A stretch of 64,000 nt of DNA from Cyanidioschyzon merolae (lineage: Eukaryota), in assembly GCA_000091205.1 (NCBI GenBank), contig AP006501.2; one strand, 5' to 3'. Below the pieces are notes generated by a model. That model saw only the letters and a program-made list of their open reading frames with translations, was not told the origin of the DNA and searched no databases. Of this stretch, positions 63,613 through 64,000 are shown in pieces. The position numbers and the translations under genes are program-made. How positions within the stretch are numbered: position 1 is the stretch's first letter; the number at the start of each line of letters is the position of its first letter.

Positions 63613-64000
63613 ATGGATAATGGCTTTCGGGAAAGTTTCTATTATGATGCAACCTACCTTCAAGTGCCATTAGTCAGACTTCCTTCCGGATATACTGGTC
63701 GTTTCGTATGCTCTATTGAGCGTCGAGCGCCTGCCGTGAGCGCCTGCCGTAGCGCTCATACCGCTGAAGCAGATGCACCGCAGCAGCGAAACAGCTTTGC
63801 CATACCACTGAGGGCGTCCGCTCGAGGCGTAGTTCACTCGACACGGGGTCGGCGTACATCAGCATTCTGGGAGCCTGCGAGCTGCGCAGACAGACGTACT
63901 GCCTGTGGCAGCGCGAAGCGATATACCAGGATACTTCGGCGACCAAGGCGATGCCCAAACGCAGCATACCTGTTCCTAGTCCAAGAATAAATTGCGCTGC
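63613..64000 (+). mobile_element. TnpB-like family copy F, truncated by the window end
   Basis: GYTGRFVCSIERR (LG.ARFV-like) at ~63660. DNA of 63880-63945 is ~88% identical to the reverse complement of 35090-35150 (copy B'). Confidence 0.4.

Noticed and set aside
1-64000. Prokaryotic, phage or organellar origin (the ORF track uses TTG/GTG starts; TnpB-like motifs are present)
   Set aside because: Conserved protein motifs in PrxQ and ETFB are only restored by removing canonical GT-AG introns. Genes are typically eukaryotic (DET1, TRAPPC1, UBE2J, ARMC8, V-ATPase c'', UPF1-like helicase). There are no operon-like arrangements or Shine-Dalgarno patterns.
1-64000. Kinetoplastid-style polycistronic intronless genome
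   Set aside because: Genes alternate strands frequently with divergent and convergent pairs, and two spliceosomal introns are demonstrable.

Overview
This 64-kb window is a eukaryotic nuclear region, GC roughly 55-58%, with about one gene per 3 kb. I could name about 20 protein-coding genes from their translations; almost all are single-exon. Only two GT-AG introns can be demonstrated: a 116-bp intron in a peroxiredoxin Q/BCP gene and a 245-bp intron in an ETF-beta gene. The named genes are: PrxQ/BCP, ETF-beta, a PpiC(parvulin)+rhodanese fusion protein, CYP51 sterol 14-alpha-demethylase, an ITPK-type inositol phosphate kinase, a UBC6/UBE2J-type E2, a long DET1-like protein, TRAPPC1/Bet5, a plant-type arogenate/prephenate dehydrogenase, pyruvate dehydrogenase E1-beta, a PBS-lyase HEAT-repeat protein, a 3-beta-HSD/ERG26-like sterol dehydrogenase, a P1B-type heavy-metal ATPase with an SPC motif, a DDT-domain-like coiled-coil protein, V-ATPase proteolipid c'', a UPF1-like SF1 helicase and an ARMC8/GID5-like armadillo protein. 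Several of these (PrxQ, plant-type TyrA, PpiC-rhodanese, SPC P1B ATPase) have plant- or plastid-type architectures, so the source is probably a plastid-bearing protist or alga with a compact, intron-poor genome; the taxon cannot be fixed from sequence alone. The most unusual feature is a dispersed family of at least seven diverged, mostly decayed copies of short TnpB/Fanzor-like reading frames that occupy almost every intergenic gap longer than 1 kb. The clearest copies show the diagnostic OrfB zinc-ribbon plus RuvC-III signature (TSxxCxxC ... CxxC ... [D/N]xNAAxNI) and an N-terminal LG..RFV motif, and two diverged copies share the same compact ~220-aa layout. Other structural features are a ~1.23-kb direct repeat pair at ~99% identity flanking the PrxQ locus, a 56-bp x ~19 minisatellite carrying CATGCATG (RY) cores upstream of the ATPase gene, a ~100-bp x 2.8 tandem repeat, and several CAG/CTG/CA/GGCAAC microsatellites. 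There are no rRNA or tRNA genes, no CRISPR array, and nothing prokaryotic.
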